From assembly GCA_964291265.2 (NCBI GenBank), contig OZ219747.1, positions 3,488,001-3,552,000 of the forward strand: a DNA stretch of 64,000 bases. The letters are read 5' to 3'. Below the pieces are notes generated by a model that was not told the origin of the DNA, did not search any database, and saw nothing but the letters and a program-made list of their open reading frames with translations. Each line of letters begins with the position of its first letter. Position 1 is the first letter of the stretch. Both the position numbers and the translations under genes were made by a program. Below are positions 20,588 to 32,330 of this stretch, in pieces. Origin of the DNA: Alphaproteobacteria bacterium (GTDB lineage Bacteria > Pseudomonadota > Alphaproteobacteria > SP197).

Positions 20588-20962
20588 CTACGTGTCTCCG
20601 GAAGCCCTGGCGCGTTCCGGCGCCGCCTGGGCCGGTGCCTCAGGCTCATCCCCGGCTTTCATGTTTTCCTGCATCTCGCGGCCGGTGTCCTCGAGTTCCT
20701 TCTTGAGGGCGCCTGTGGGATCAATGACCGCGGTCACCGCCTTCTTCGCCTTCAGCGGCGTCTCGATGGCCTTCTTGACGTCATCGATCTCGGCGTCCCT
20801 GGCGTACTGGTCCAGCGCCTTCTGGAAATCCCGCGCCATGCGCCGCGCCTTGCCGGTCCATATGCCGACTGTCCGCAACACCCTGGGCAGATCCTTGGGG
20901 CCCACCACAACCAGCAACAGCGCCCCTACGACCGCCAGTTCGAACCATCCGAGATCGAACAT
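20588..20962 (-). CDS. tatB: Twin-arginine translocase subunit TatB
   Basis: MFDLGWFEL...VVGPKDLP. Confidence 0.93.
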   Translation of the reverse strand: MFDLGWFELAVVGALLLVVVGPKDLPRVLRTVGIWTGKARRMARDFQKALDQYARDAEIDDVKKAIETPLKAKKAVTAVIDPTGALKKELEDTGREMQENMKAGDEPEAPAQAAPERARASGDT

Positions 20963-20985
20963 GTCCCGTTGTCTTCAGCAGGTGT

Positions 20986-21222
20986 CTAGGCGACGGTCTT
21001 GTCCTTCTCCTCGTCGGCGGACGCCGGTGTGGCGGTTCCCTCGATGGTGGACGGGGATTCAGCGGATTGCCGCGCCTGCGCCGCCTCGTCCTTCATGCCG
21101 GACCTGAACTCCTTGATCCCCTTGGCGAGATCACCGGCCAGCTTTGGAATCCGGCCGCGTCCGAAGAGGAGCAGAACGATGACCAGCACGATAAGCCAAT
21201 GCCATATGCTGAAGGTACCCAT
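20986..21222 (-). CDS. tatA: Twin-arginine translocase subunit TatA
   Basis: [26 protein letters not shown]. Confidence 0.93.
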   Translation of the reverse strand: MGTFSIWHWLIVLVIVLLLFGRGRIPKLAGDLAKGIKEFRSGMKDEAAQARQSAESPSTIEGTATPASADEEKDKTVA

Positions 21223-22105
21223 GGTGAGGTCTCCCTTCCCTGTCGATCCATGAAACGGCACCCCTGCCTTTTGTGCGCCGTCCCGACCCGGGACATATAA
21301 CCGTCCAGGGGACCAAGGGCAACGACGATCAACATGCCGCTCCACCAAACAGTCATGAACGTCGGCGTGCCTGCTCACCCCGCGCCATGAAACGTGAGCC
21401 TGTTGTGGCCGTTGGACAAATGCGTTGATCCGGCGTGTTGGTGCACGATCATGCGAGCAGGTGGAGGTGGCTGACGAGGACGCTTGCATTGTGGCGACGT
21501 CCTGAACGAACCGGACCCTTGATGGCCATGGACGCGGGGTAGCCGGAAAGGTCCAAGGTTCGTCAACCGGCGTCAGCCAGCACCACCACACGGCGGTCAG
21601 ACATGCGCCTGACCGACAGGTCGCTCGCGCCCTGTTCAACAAGAGGCGTCGCAGGGATCAGAAAATGTTTCACAGCAAACTCCGGTGCCGCGGGGGACCA
21701 CGATGACCCTCATGCGGCACCGCCAGCGCCAGGCGTTTCGTGCACATCGGAACCGGCACGATCACGAACCGTGAGACTATCAGACCTGTCTGCCATTGCC
21801 GCTTCGAGGACATGCAGCCGGAGCGAACACATACCCCAATTCGGCCTATCAACGGCCCTCGTGAAACGCGACCGCCACCGCAACACCGTGGCGAGCGTTC
21901 GGTCGCAGTGCAACCAGATCATGTCTGCGGCCCTTCCGTCGAGCGCGGTGTGGAGATCAGGTACGGCATCGTGCGGCGCTCATTAGTCACAAATTCTGTC
22001 ACTACAAGGGCACGTTTTGCTGCACTTCCAGGTGCCGTGAGGCTGCGAAAGGTGTGCGTCGAGGCGCCCTTGCCTTAGAGTTTGAATCATAACTCATTGA
22101 TATTG

Positions 22106-22959
22106 TTATATTTCTTGATTCATGCACTTAACTCCCGCGCCACCCGCCGCATGAGAAACCGGCACGCCGCCAGCCTCGCCCAGGCCAGGGAGCTCGCCTC
22201 GGTGCCGCTCGAAATCCTTGGCCAATCGACGGCATCGGCCCATCCAGGCACAGGTCCTCTCCACAACCCAGCGACAGGGAAGAATGGTGAACTCCCTGAT
22301 ACCCTTGTGTCTTTCGACAACCTCGATCACATCCGGCAAACCCCTGCGGGCCAGGGCAGCGCGCAGCTTGGGACCCTCGTAGCCGCCGTCGGCAAACACC
22401 CGCGAGACCGCCGGCGCCTTGCCCAGAAGGGTCACAAGCACATCCACAGCCGCGTCCCGATCCTGGATGTCGGCCGGGTGAATGCTGAGGACAATCGGTG
22501 AACCCTCGGTGTCCACCGTCAGATGACGCTTGCGGCCCTTGATCTTCTTGCCCGCATCAACAGCCAGAAGGACCGCCACACTCCGTCGTCTTCACACTCT
22601 GCGTGTCGATCACCGCAGCCGTGGGTTCAACACGGCGACCCGCCAGACGACGCGCATAAGCCCGCAACGCATCCAGCATGCGCTCGAGAACACCGCTGCG
22701 TAACCAAGCATAGAAATAGTTCTGAACCGTGGAAAACGGTGGATCATCAGACGGAATCAGGCGCCACTGGCATCCCGATGCCAGCATGGACTGGATCGCA
22801 TCGAACACCCGGCGGGGGTCCGTCGTGCGGGGACGGCCCATCCGACCCTGCGCCGGAATCAGAGGCCTCGATGAGTGCCCACTCCTCGTCGCTCAGATCG
22901 TTTTGCCGGTAGTCGTCGCTACGCCCATACTTCGCCTGGGTGGCCCCATTCCAAGCCAT
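22106..22959 (-). pseudogene. IS5-family transposase, multiply frameshifted
   Basis: DLSDEEWALI, GCQWRLIP, VIDTQSVKT, DAGKKIKGRKRH, FADGGY and RWVVERT split across three ORFs. Confidence 0.85.
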
Positions 22960-23027
22960 GATACCCTCCATCTGTGGGTTGTGTACCTGATGGAATACCA
23001 TGGCTTGGGGCTACCCGCGACTTTAGG

Positions 23028-23465
23028 CCGAAGTTCCAGGGCTGATCAGGCGCAAATATATGATATGAATGACATTCGATGGATCTCAGAGGCGTCTGAC
23101 TGGGTACACTACGGCTTTACGCCGAGGAGTTTGAGTGTTCTTCTCTGGAGCGGCGTGGGCCGCGTAGTGACCTGGAAGGGCCCGGCGCCCGGCGAAGTGG
23201 AGCGCCACGGTGTTGCGTGTGATGGTGCGCTTCTTGACCTTTCCGACTTCGCGCCGAGGGCTCGTGGAGCATGATGGCGGGTGGAGGGGACTGGTTGAGG
23301 AGGGCTTTGATGCACATGGCTACCGTGCATGGGCGTACCGCGGACTTATGTCAAGCACAAGGTGCATTCATACATGGGTACACAGTGAAGCCTGATGAAT
23401 CCAACAAATAACGCAAAATCAGTGAGTTGTTGTGAAGATCAGCAGGAAATCGTCCGGAACTTCGG
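23028..23465 (-). mobile_element. 438-bp internally deleted derivative (MITE) of IS1634 copy 1
   Basis: Ends CCGAAGTTCC/GGAACTTCGG; TSD TTTAGG (23022-27, 23466-71); retains the tnp 5' remnant and the FQVTTRPTPLQ..KLLGVKP tail. Confidence 0.88.
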
Positions 23466-23480
23466 TTTAGGAACAAACTC

Positions 23481-23735
23481 TGAGGTCGTGCGCGTCGGAC
23501 CATGCGATGCGTCCCCGTTTCCCTTGTCGGCCGCGGCGGGATGTCGGGCGGTTCCCCAGCGCCCTGGGTCAGGATGGTGCGGTAGCGCCTGCGCACGACC
23601 CTGCAGTCAGGGTTTCGGTTTCGCTCTCGTGACCCCGTGGCAGACCTCGCGCAGCAGCCTCTTCATCCATCGCGCCCAACGCAGGCCGTTGGACTCGACG
23701 ACGAAGGTCAGTTCACGCTGGAGATGACTGTCGAT
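23481..23735 (-). pseudogene. IS66-family transposase (TnpC) fragment
   Basis: HLQRELTFVVESNGLRWARWMKRLL and RRRYRTILTQG in shifted frames. Confidence 0.6.
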
Positions 23736-23744
23736 ATGTTGAGA

Positions 23745-24951
23745 ACCGACTGGGCGATGACTATTGCTGCAGCGTCCACAGTGACGTGCGCATCCGCGAT
23801 TCGCCTTGTTGCCATGGGCAGCCGCGCGTGGAATAGTCGTTCCGTGGAGATCCTGCCGATGACCTTCCCCGTCGCGGCGGAACATGGGGCGCTTGGCGCC
23901 TGTTGTCATATACGAGGCGACAATGGACCATATTCTTGAGGAGTATCAGGAAGCGATGGTGGAACACTGCCGTTCGCAGCACCTGATTCTTGCCATCCAG
24001 GACACGACGTCCCTTGATTACAAAGGCTTGGAGCCGACCGAGGGTCTTGTCGACATCGGCGGCGGCAGCTCGGGCACCCTTCGCGTAGCGGCCCATGCCG
24101 GGGTTGCCTTCAGCGAAGGCGGCAGTGCTCTCGGCCTGTTCCATCTCGACGCCGACTTCCCTCTTGAGCCGGGTCACCGGAAGAGCGAAGAGGGCGACAA
24201 GAAAGGCCGGCGCTGGCTCGACGGGTACGACAGGGCCGTGGAACTGGCCGACGCCTGTCCCTCGACAAGGGTGCTGGTGATCTGTGATCGGCGAGGCGAC
24301 ATCTGGGACCTGCTGGCCCGGAGCACGGAGCACAGGGCCGGCCTGCTGGTGCGCGTCAAGCGCTCGACACGGCGCCGCGTGGTCACCGCAACGGGCGCAT
24401 GCCGGGACCTTTGGGAGCACATGGCTGATGAGCCTTGCATCGCGACGAAACAGATCGACATCGAAGCCGGCGGAAGGCCACGTCGCCGCAAGGCGCGCAA
24501 GGGCGGGCGCCTCGAAGTTCGCGCCGCAAGGGTCGACCTTGCGCCACCGGGCAGCAAGCCCCGGGGAACTCCGCCGCTTGCCATGATGGCTGTGCACGTC
24601 ACGGAACCCGACCCACCGGCGGGCCGCGATCCTCAGGACTGGATGCTGCTCACCACCGAAGGCGACGTCACCGCCGCCAACGCCCTTGAGGTTGTCTCCT
24701 TCTACGAGAGGCGGTGGTTGATCGAGGAGTACTTCAGGGTTCTGAAGATCGGCGTACGGGTCGAGGATCGGCGCTTCGATGAGGCTGACGACCTGAAGGA
24801 GTCCCTGACCTTGGACGCCATCACCGCATGCCGCGTCATGACCATCGAGCGTCTCGCACACTCGGAGCCCGACGCGCCGGCAAGCCGCAGCGTCCACCGC
24901 GACGCGATCTCGGTCCTGAGCATCCTCGGAAACCGTTCTGTCAAGGGGTGA
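23745..24951 (+). pseudogene. Tn5-like IS4-family transposase, degraded N-terminus, truncated C-terminus
   Basis: LAIQDTTSLDY, ICDRRGDIWDL, WMLLTT, YERRWLIEEYFRVLK. Confidence 0.8.
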
Positions 24952-25797
24952 CGACGAGGAAGACAAGACCGTCCCATGCTGGAATTCGCTTGATTTCTCT
25001 TGACGTCAGGCGTTCGTATGTTGCACGCGCGCGGACATTTCCCGCTGGCCATCCCGCTTGGGATGTGCGACGGTCCGGTCATGTTGTCGATTCGCAAGCG
25101 CATGGAAGCTGTCCCGATCCATCAGGAAGCTCCTGAGGGTTTTTCCCTGTCTGAGGTTGAGGTTCGCCTGGCGAGGCCGGAGGAGCGTCCGCCCCTGGAC
25201 GCGCTGATGAACGAGTACCACTATCTCGGCTTCCGTCGCCTGGCGGGTCGCGGTCTGCGCTACCTTGCGACCTTCAGGGGCCATTGGCTGGGTCTGGCGG
25301 CGTGGCAGAACGGCGCCTTCAAGTGCGCTCCCCGCGACCAGTGGACCGGCTGGAAGCCTTAAGCAGCAGTTCCAGCGGCTCGGGGTGGTGGCCAACAACA
25401 CGCGGTTCTTGCTTCTCTCCAAGCCCGGGGTGTTTGCGAACCTTGCTTCTGAGTTTCCTTGCGTGCATGACGCGCCGGCTCTGTGACGACTGGCTGAAGG
25501 TGCACGGCCACGGGGTGCTGCTGGCGGAGACGTTCTGCGATCCGGAGATCTTTGCCGGCACGATGTTGAGGGCTGCGGGCTGGACGTGTCTGGGTGAGAC
25601 CAAGGGGTTTGCCCGCTCCAACGGGCGCTATACCGATCCCCACGGCAAGCCCAAGGATATCTACGTTACGGCACTGAGGCGCGATGCCCGGGCGCTGCTG
25701 TCGAGCCCGCTGCCGCTTCCCCCCGACGTGGCGCCGCCCTCATGCCCCGAACTGGCGCCCCGGGACCCCAAGGTGCTGCGCTCGCTCTACGCTTAAG

Positions 25798-27751
25798 CCG
25801 AAGTTCCGGACGTTTTCCAGCTGGAAGTCGCATCAAGTCGTTGATATTGCGTGGTTTATCGGGTTTGACGGACTTCACAGTGTACCCATGTACGGATGCA
25901 TTTTGTGCTTGACATACGGCAGTGCCGTGCTTATGTACAGTAGCCATGTACATCGAAGCCGTCCCCAACCGCTCCTCGCCGCCCGCCATCCTGCTCCGCG
26001 AGTCCTATCGCGAAGACGGAAAGGTCAAGAAGCGTACCATCGCCAGCCTCTCCAAGTGGTCCCCCACCCTCGTCGAGGGATTGCGCATCCTCCTCAAGGG
26101 AGGAACAGCAGTCCGACATCTCGACGATGCCTTCGACATCGTCCGCTCCCTTCCCCACGGGCATGTCGCCGCGGTGCTGGGAGGCCTGAAGAAGCTGGGA
26201 CTGGACAGGCTGATCGACCCGAAGCCCTCGCCTGAGCGCGATCAGGTCCTGGCCATGATCGTGGCACGCATCCTCGAGCCCGCCTCGAAGCTGGCCACGG
26301 CCAGGGGGCTGGCCGAGGCCACGGCGGTCAGCACCCTGGGCGAGGTCCTCGATGCGGAGATGGACGAGGACGGCCTCTACGGCGCCATGGACTGGCTCCT
26401 GGAGCGTCAGGAGAGGATCGAGCGGTCCCTGGCGAAGCGGCGCCTCGAAGAGGGCTGCCTGGTGCTCTATGACCTGACCTCGGTATGGATGGAGGGGAGA
26501 GCGTGTCCCCTGGCAAGGAGGGGTCATTCCCGGGATGGCAAGAAGGGCAAGCTGCAGATCGAGTTCGGCCTTCTGTGCGATCGGGACGGCTGTCCAGTGT
26601 CGGTGGAAGTGTTCCCCGGCAACACGGCGGACCCCGGGACGGTGGCATCACAGATCACCACGCTGCAGGAGCGCTTCTCCCTGGCGAAGGTGGTGCTGGT
26701 GGGAGACCGGGGGATGCTGACCGAGGCGCGCATACGCGAGGAGGTGAAGCCCGCAGGCCTGGACTGGATCAGCGCCTTGAGGGGACCGGCCATCCGTTCA
26801 CTGGTGGAGGCGGGTGACGTCGAGATGTCGCTCTTCGACGAGAGGGACCTGGTGGAGATCACCAGCGATGCGTATCCCGGCGAACGCCTCATGGTCTGCC
26901 GCAACCCCCTGCTGGCCGAGGACCGGGCCCGCAAGCGCCAGGAACTGCTCGAGGCCACCGAGGCCCTGCTTGAACCGATCGCCGCAGCGACACGGCGCGA
27001 CAAGCGCCGTCTCAAGGGTGCCGACAAGATCGGGGAGCGGGTCGGCAAGGTCATCGGCAAGTACAAGATGGCGAAGCACTTCACGTGGTCCATCGACGAC
27101 GAGGGTGTCTTCACCTATGGGCGCGATGAGGCTGCCATCGCCGCCGAGGCCAGGCTCGACGGCCTCTACGTGATCCGCACCAGCCTGCCGCAGAGCGAGC
27201 TCGACGGTCCCGGCACAGTGCGCGCCTACAAGCGGCTGAGTTCGGTGGAACGGGCCTTCCGCAGCCTGAAGACCGTGGATCTGAAGGTCCGCCCCGTCTA
27301 CCACCGCACCGAACCCCGGGTCCGCGCCCATGTCTTCCTGTGCATGCTCGCCTACTACGTGGAATGGCACATGCGCCAGAAACTGAAGCCCATGCTGTTC
27401 GACGACGAGGATGCCGAAGGCGCCGAGGCCCGGCGGCCGTCCGTCGTGGCGCCGGCAGAAGTCTCGGCGAGCGCCCGGGCCAAGGCGGCAACCAAGAGGA
27501 CACACGGGGGTGATCCGGTGCACAGCTTCCGCACTCTCCTCGATGATCTCGCGACCATCACCCGCAACACCGTGGCGCCCCGCCTTGCGGGCGCCCAACC
27601 CTTCCAGGTCACCACGCGGCCCACGCCGCTCCAGAGAAAAGCACTCAAGCTCCTGGGCGTGAAGCCGTGATGTACCCAGTCAGACGCCTCTGAGATCCAT
27701 CGAATGTCATTTATATCAAGCACTTGCACTTGATCGACGCTGGAACTTCGG
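25798..27751 (+). mobile_element. IS1634-family element copy 1
   Basis: TIR CCGAAGTTCC; TSD CTTAAG at 25792-97 and 27752-57. Confidence 0.92.
25946..27670 (+). CDS. IS1634-family transposase
   Basis: LYDLTSVWMEG, GHSRDGK, FPGNTAD, VGDRGM, YKRLSSVERAFRSLK, RVRAHVFLCMLAY. Confidence 0.92.
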   Translation: MYIEAVPNRSSPPAILLRESYREDGKVKKRTIASLSKWSPTLVEGLRILLKGGTAVRHLDDAFDIVRSLPHGHVAAVLGGLKKLGLDRLIDPKPSPERDQVLAMIVARILEPASKLATARGLAEATAVSTLGEVLDAEMDEDGLYGAMDWLLERQERIERSLAKRRLEEGCLVLYDLTSVWMEGRACPLARRGHSRDGKKGKLQIEFGLLCDRDGCPVSVEVFPGNTADPGTVASQITTLQERFSLAKVVLVGDRGMLTEARIREEVKPAGLDWISALRGPAIRSLVEAGDVEMSLFDERDLVEITSDAYPGERLMVCRNPLLAEDRARKRQELLEATEALLEPIAAATRRDKRRLKGADKIGERVGKVIGKYKMAKHFTWSIDDEGVFTYGRDEAAIAAEARLDGLYVIRTSLPQSELDGPGTVRAYKRLSSVERAFRSLKTVDLKVRPVYHRTEPRVRAHVFLCMLAYYVEWHMRQKLKPMLFDDEDAEGAEARRPSVVAPAEVSASARAKAATKRTHGGDPVHSFRTLLDDLATITRNTVAPRLAGAQPFQVTTRPTPLQRKALKLLGVKP

Positions 27752-27858
27752 CTTAAGCCGAAGTTCCAGAACCGATCAGACGTATCGTTATGAATGTATT
27801 GACGTTTGAAAAAATCGGGTGTGTCGCTACTGGGAACGCTGCAGGCGTATGCCGAGGT

Positions 27859-30295
27859 CTGCTCTTTAGTCATAAATCGTGCTGGACAAGATGATTCGGA
27901 TGGTGCACCCTGCCCTGCATGGAAGCACACATTCCGATCAAACGCGTCCTCGAGGACCAGCTCGATCGCCTGCAGTCGATCGTGTCCGAGAGCGGCGATA
28001 GCAGTCAAAACCGCCTGGCGCTGAACGTGTGTCGGCACTTCGGCCTGCGGGACGCACGGGGACGCGAGCGGGTATCGAGCTGTGTCGTGGCCCTGAAGCA
28101 GATGGCATCGCAGGGCAGGATCGAGGGCTTGCCGGAGCCCTCCGGTCAGCGGCGTCGGGCAACGCCCCGCCGGCTCGGCGAGGCGGTGGAGAGGCCGCGT
28201 GATGTGCCGGCGAGCGTGGCGGCGATCCAGGGTCTGCGGATCCTGCTGGTGCGCACGGATGCCGAACGGGCGCTCTGGAACGAACTGATGGCGCGGGAGC
28301 ACTTTCTCGGCGCTCCCATCCTGGCCGGTCATCAGCTGCGCTATCTGGTGGATTCCGCTCACGGCTGTCTCGGCGGTTTCGGCTTTGCCGCAGCGGCGCT
28401 GAAGGTGGCGGATCGGGATGCCTGGATCGGCTGGGATGCCGACCGGCGTCGTGCGGAACGACACCGGGTGCTGTCGATGAGCCGGTTTCTGATCCGGGTG
28501 CCGGTTGCGAACCTTGCGTCGAAGACGCTGTCGATGTGCCTGTCTCGCCTGGGCGCCGATGTTGCGCAGCGCTACGGGTTCCTGCCATGGCTGGTCGAGA
28601 CCTATGTCGACCCGACGCGCGACGGTGCGAGCCTGCGGGCGGCGAACTGGCAGCTCGTGGGGTTCACCCGGGGCCGAGGCCGCCAGGACCGCGCGCGCGA
28701 GATGGCCGAGAGCGTCAAGGCCGTGTACATGTACACATGTACGTTCTGGACCGGGACTGGCGGCACAAGCTGGGGGTGGCGGAGCCGATGCCGGCCCTGT
28801 CCCCGGGGGAGGGTCTGGACGCCTCGGCGTGGGCGCACCACGAGTTCGGGGGAGCGCCGATCGGCGACCGGCGTCTGAGTGCGCGCCTGGTGGAGATTGC
28901 ACGAAGACAGGGAGAGAGTCCGATGTCGTCCTACAGCGGTCTGGCGCGCCCGGACCCTGCTGGTGTCCGGGCCTGTTATCGGTTCCTGGATCAGCCGGAG
29001 ACGTCGGCGGTGACCCCGGCGAACATCCTGGCGCCGCACCGTCAACGAACGGTGCAGCGGATGTGCGGCCAGCGGGTGGCGTTGTGCATTCAGGACGGGA
29101 CGGACCTGAACTTCGCGACCCGTCCGGGCTGCGACGGTCTGGGCATCATCGGCACGAACCAGACGGCCTCGCAGACCCTGGGCCTGCACCTGCACGCCAG
29201 CTACGTTGTCAGCGGCGAAGGCCTGCCGCTGGGGGTGGCGCGTCTTGCCTTCGACGCTCCTCCCCGCCCCCGGGCAAAGACCGGTTCGGGCGAGGATGTC
29301 GAGATGTCCCGGCGCAAGTCGCAGCGCTGGCTCGACGGTCTCGACGACATCGCGGACCTCGCGGCCCGGACGACCGGGGTGAAGGTCGTGTGCGTGATGG
29401 ACCGGGAAGCGGACTTCTTCGAACTGTTCGACCGGTGCCGGCAGCATCGCCGTCTGTCGATGCTGGTGCGAGCTCGACATGACCGGGTCCTCAAGCGCGG
29501 GGCTACGAAGCTGTTCACCCGACTACGTACGTCTGCCTGCCGCGGCACCATGCAGATCGACATACCCCGCCTGACGGCCCGGCCGAAGTCCTCGGGGCGC
29601 CAGAAGCAGCCCGGCCGCACTGCCCGGCGGAACGCGGTGCTGGAACTGCGCTGGTTGTCGACCACGCTGCCGGCGACTGCCGGCTGCCCCGATGCCGCGC
29701 CCGTGGCCGTGACCGCGCTGCATCTCCTCGAGACGGCCCCGCCGGCCGGGGAAGCTCCGGTGGAATGGTTCCTGTTGACCGACCTTCCTGTGGACCACGC
29801 CGAAGCGGCCCAGGAGATCGTCGGCTGGTACGCGCTGCGCTGGCGGATCGAATGCTGGTTCCGGGTGCTGAAGTCCGGCTGCCGGGTGGAGCACCTGGCG
29901 ACGCGCAAGGCCTGCCGCCTGGAACGGCAGATCACCATCCACGCCGTGATCGCCTGGCGTCTTGCCCTGATGACCCTGCTCGGGCGGGATGTGCCGACGA
30001 TGAAGCCCGACTGCCTGTTCTCGGACCTGGAACTCCGCTTCCTCGGCGACTATGCACGGCGATACCGGCTGGACCCGCCCGACACGCTGGGGGCGGCGGT
30101 GAAGCTGGTGGCGATCCTTGGCGGGTATCTGGACCGCAAGCATGATCCGGCGCCGGGCAACCAGACGATGTGGCATGGCTATCCGCGACTGGCCACCGCC
30201 GCGCTGGCCTATGAATGCCTGCTCGAGGCCCTCGATCTGGATCCGACGTCGGAAGGACACGATCACGTCCTGCACGATTTGTGACTAATAGGCAG
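27859..30295 (+). mobile_element. Tn5-like IS4 element (2437 bp) with a DUF4338 fusion
   Basis: TIRs CTGCTCTTTAGTCATAAATCGTGC and (reverse complement of the right end) CTGCCTATTAGTCACAAATCGTGC; 8-bp TSD GCCGAGGT at 27851-58 and 30296-303. Confidence 0.92.
27919..30284 (+). pseudogene. DUF4338-Tn5-like transposase fusion, frameshifted by an 8-bp duplication
   Basis: DUF4338 (RDAWIGW, VETYVD, LRAANW), then CIQDGT, VMDREAD and YALRWRIE..F..LK; ACATGTAC duplicated at 28727-28742. Confidence 0.88.
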
Positions 30296-32005
30296 GCCGA
30301 GGTAGTCCAGGGCCTTTTTCTGGAGCGGCGTGGGCCGCGTGGTGACCTGGAAGGGTTTGGCGCCCGCAAGGCGGGGCGCCACGGTGTTGCGGGTGATGGT
30401 CGCGAGATCATCGAGGAGGGTGCGGAAACTGTGCACCGGATCACCCCCGGGCGTCCTCTTCGTTGCCGCCTTGGCCCGGGCGCTCGCCGAGACTTCTGCC
30501 GGCGCCACGACGGACGGCCGCCGGGCCTCGGCGCCTTCGGCATCCTCGTCGTCGAACAGCATGGGCTTCAGTCTCTGGCGCATGTGCCATTCAACGTAGT
30601 AGGCGAGCATGCACAGGAAGACATGGGCGCGGACCCGGGGTTCGGTGCGGTGGTAGACGGGGCGGACCTTCAGATCCACGGTCTTCAGGCTGCGGAAGGC
30701 CCGTTCCACCGAACTCAACCGCTTGTAGGCGCGCACCGTGCCGGGACCGTCGAGCTCGCTCTGCGGCAGGCTGGTGCGGATCACGTAGAGGCCGTCGAGC
30801 CTGGCCTCGGCGGCGATGGCAGCCTCATCGCGCCCATAGGTGAAGACACCCTCGTCGTCGATGGACCACGTGAAGTGCTTCGCCATCTTGTACTTGCCGA
30901 TGACCTTGCCGACCCGCTCCCCGATCTTGTCGGCACCCTTGAGACGGCGCTTGTCGCGCCGTGTCGCTGCGGCGATCGGTTCAAGCAGGGCCTCGGTGGC
31001 CTCGAGCAGTTCCTGGCGCTTGCGGGCCCGGTCCTCGGCCAGCAGGGGGTTGCGGCAGACCATGAGGCGTTCGCCGGGATACGCATCGCTGGTGATCTCC
31101 ACCAGGTCCCTCTCGTCGAAGAGCGACATCTCGATGTCGCCGGCCTCCACAAGGGCGCGGATGGCCGGTCCCCTCAAGGCGCTGATCCAGTCCAGGCCCG
31201 CAGGCTTCACCTCCTCGCGTATGCGCGCCTCGGTCAGCATCCCCCGGTCTCCCACCAGCACCACCTTCGCCAGGGAGAAGCGCTCCTGCAGCGTGGTGAT
31301 CTGTGATGCCACCGTCCCGGGGTCCGCCGTGTTGCCGGGGAACACTTCCACCGACACTGGACAGCCGTCCCGATCGCACAGAAGGCCGAACTCGATCTGC
31401 AGCTTGCCCTTCTTGCCATCCCGGGAATGACCCCTCCTTGCCAGGGGGCACGCTCTCCCCTCCATCCATACCGAGGTCAGGTCATAGAGCACCAGGCAGC
31501 CCTCTTCGAGGCGCCGCTTCGCCAGGGACCGCTCGATCCTCTCCTGACGCTCCAGGAGCCAGTCCATGGCGCCGTAGAGGGCGTCCTCGTCCATCTCCGC
31601 ATCGAGGACCTCGCCCAGGGTGCTGACCGCCGTGGCCTCGGCCAGCCCCCTGGCCGTGGCCAGCTTCGAGGCGGGCTCGAGGATGCGTGCCACGATCATG
31701 GCCAGGACCTGATCGCGCTCATGCGAGGGCTTCGGGTCGATCAGCCTGTCCAGTCCCAGCTTCTTCAGGGTTCCCAGCACTGCGGCGACATGCCCATGGG
31801 GTAGGGAGCGGACGATGTCGAAGGCGTCGTCACGACCGACGAGGGGTTCGTTCTTCAAGAACCGCCGCAGGGTCTCGACCTTTTCCATGGGCCAGGAGGA
31901 GAGATTGGCGATGGTGCGCTTCTTGACCTTGCCGTTCTCGCGCCATCCCTCTCGCAGGAGGACGGCGGGGGGTGAGTTACGGTTGGGGACGATGTCTACG
32001 TACAT
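30263..32005 (-). CDS. IS1634-family transposase; last residues replaced by read-through into the IS4 end
   Basis: Core nearly identical to 25946..27670. The native tail (IRLQRSQ-stop) lies at 27827-27850. Confidence 0.9.
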   Translation of the reverse strand: MYVDIVPNRNSPPAVLLREGWRENGKVKKRTIANLSSWPMEKVETLRRFLKNEPLVGRDDAFDIVRSLPHGHVAAVLGTLKKLGLDRLIDPKPSHERDQVLAMIVARILEPASKLATARGLAEATAVSTLGEVLDAEMDEDALYGAMDWLLERQERIERSLAKRRLEEGCLVLYDLTSVWMEGRACPLARRGHSRDGKKGKLQIEFGLLCDRDGCPVSVEVFPGNTADPGTVASQITTLQERFSLAKVVLVGDRGMLTEARIREEVKPAGLDWISALRGPAIRALVEAGDIEMSLFDERDLVEITSDAYPGERLMVCRNPLLAEDRARKRQELLEATEALLEPIAAATRRDKRRLKGADKIGERVGKVIGKYKMAKHFTWSIDDEGVFTYGRDEAAIAAEARLDGLYVIRTSLPQSELDGPGTVRAYKRLSSVERAFRSLKTVDLKVRPVYHRTEPRVRAHVFLCMLAYYVEWHMRQRLKPMLFDDEDAEGAEARRPSVVAPAEVSASARAKAATKRTPGGDPVHSFRTLLDDLATITRNTVAPRLAGAKPFQVTTRPTPLQKKALDYLGLPISHKSCRT

Positions 32006-32330
32006 GGCAACGTATATGGGGGCGTAAGCCCACCGTGTCAAGGGAAAACTTCGCCGTTACATGGGAACATTCTCGCGCCATCATCGCGCTATTTTGCCAA
32101 CACAATCAACCGGTTATCGTGACTCTGCCGCTGAAATCGTCCGGAACTTCGGCTTAAGCGCGGCCATTCCTGACTTCCGCCGGGCGCAGGGAAGGAAGCA
32201 TACCGCGGCATCGGTGCTCACCGTGCACGTGCTCGCCGAGTTCGCCAACATGAAGGGCTGTGTCGCCGCCGCGCAGTTCGCGCGGTCCCTGTCCCAGGAG
32301 GAGTTGGAGGCCATCGGCGCCTGGCTTAAC

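Larger units (their letters stand above)
22078..23480 (-). mobile_element. IS5-family (IS1031-like) element, degenerate, interrupted by an IS1634-derived MITE
   Basis: Ends GAGTTTG / CAAACTC; flanking triplets TTA and TGA are not identical. Confidence 0.65.
27758..32152 (-). mobile_element. IS1634-family element copy 2, carrying a nested IS4 element
   Basis: Same TIRs as copy 1; CTTAAG at 27752-57 and 32153-58. Confidence 0.92.

Noticed and set aside
21260-21980. Short ORFs upstream of tatA
   Set aside because: No recognisable motifs in any frame; probably decayed mobile DNA.
27355-28902. Long antisense ORFs (also 1593..3242, 8631..10064, 48942..50657 and others)
   Set aside because: Shadow ORFs typical of high-GC DNA, lying opposite well-supported genes and lacking recognisable motifs.
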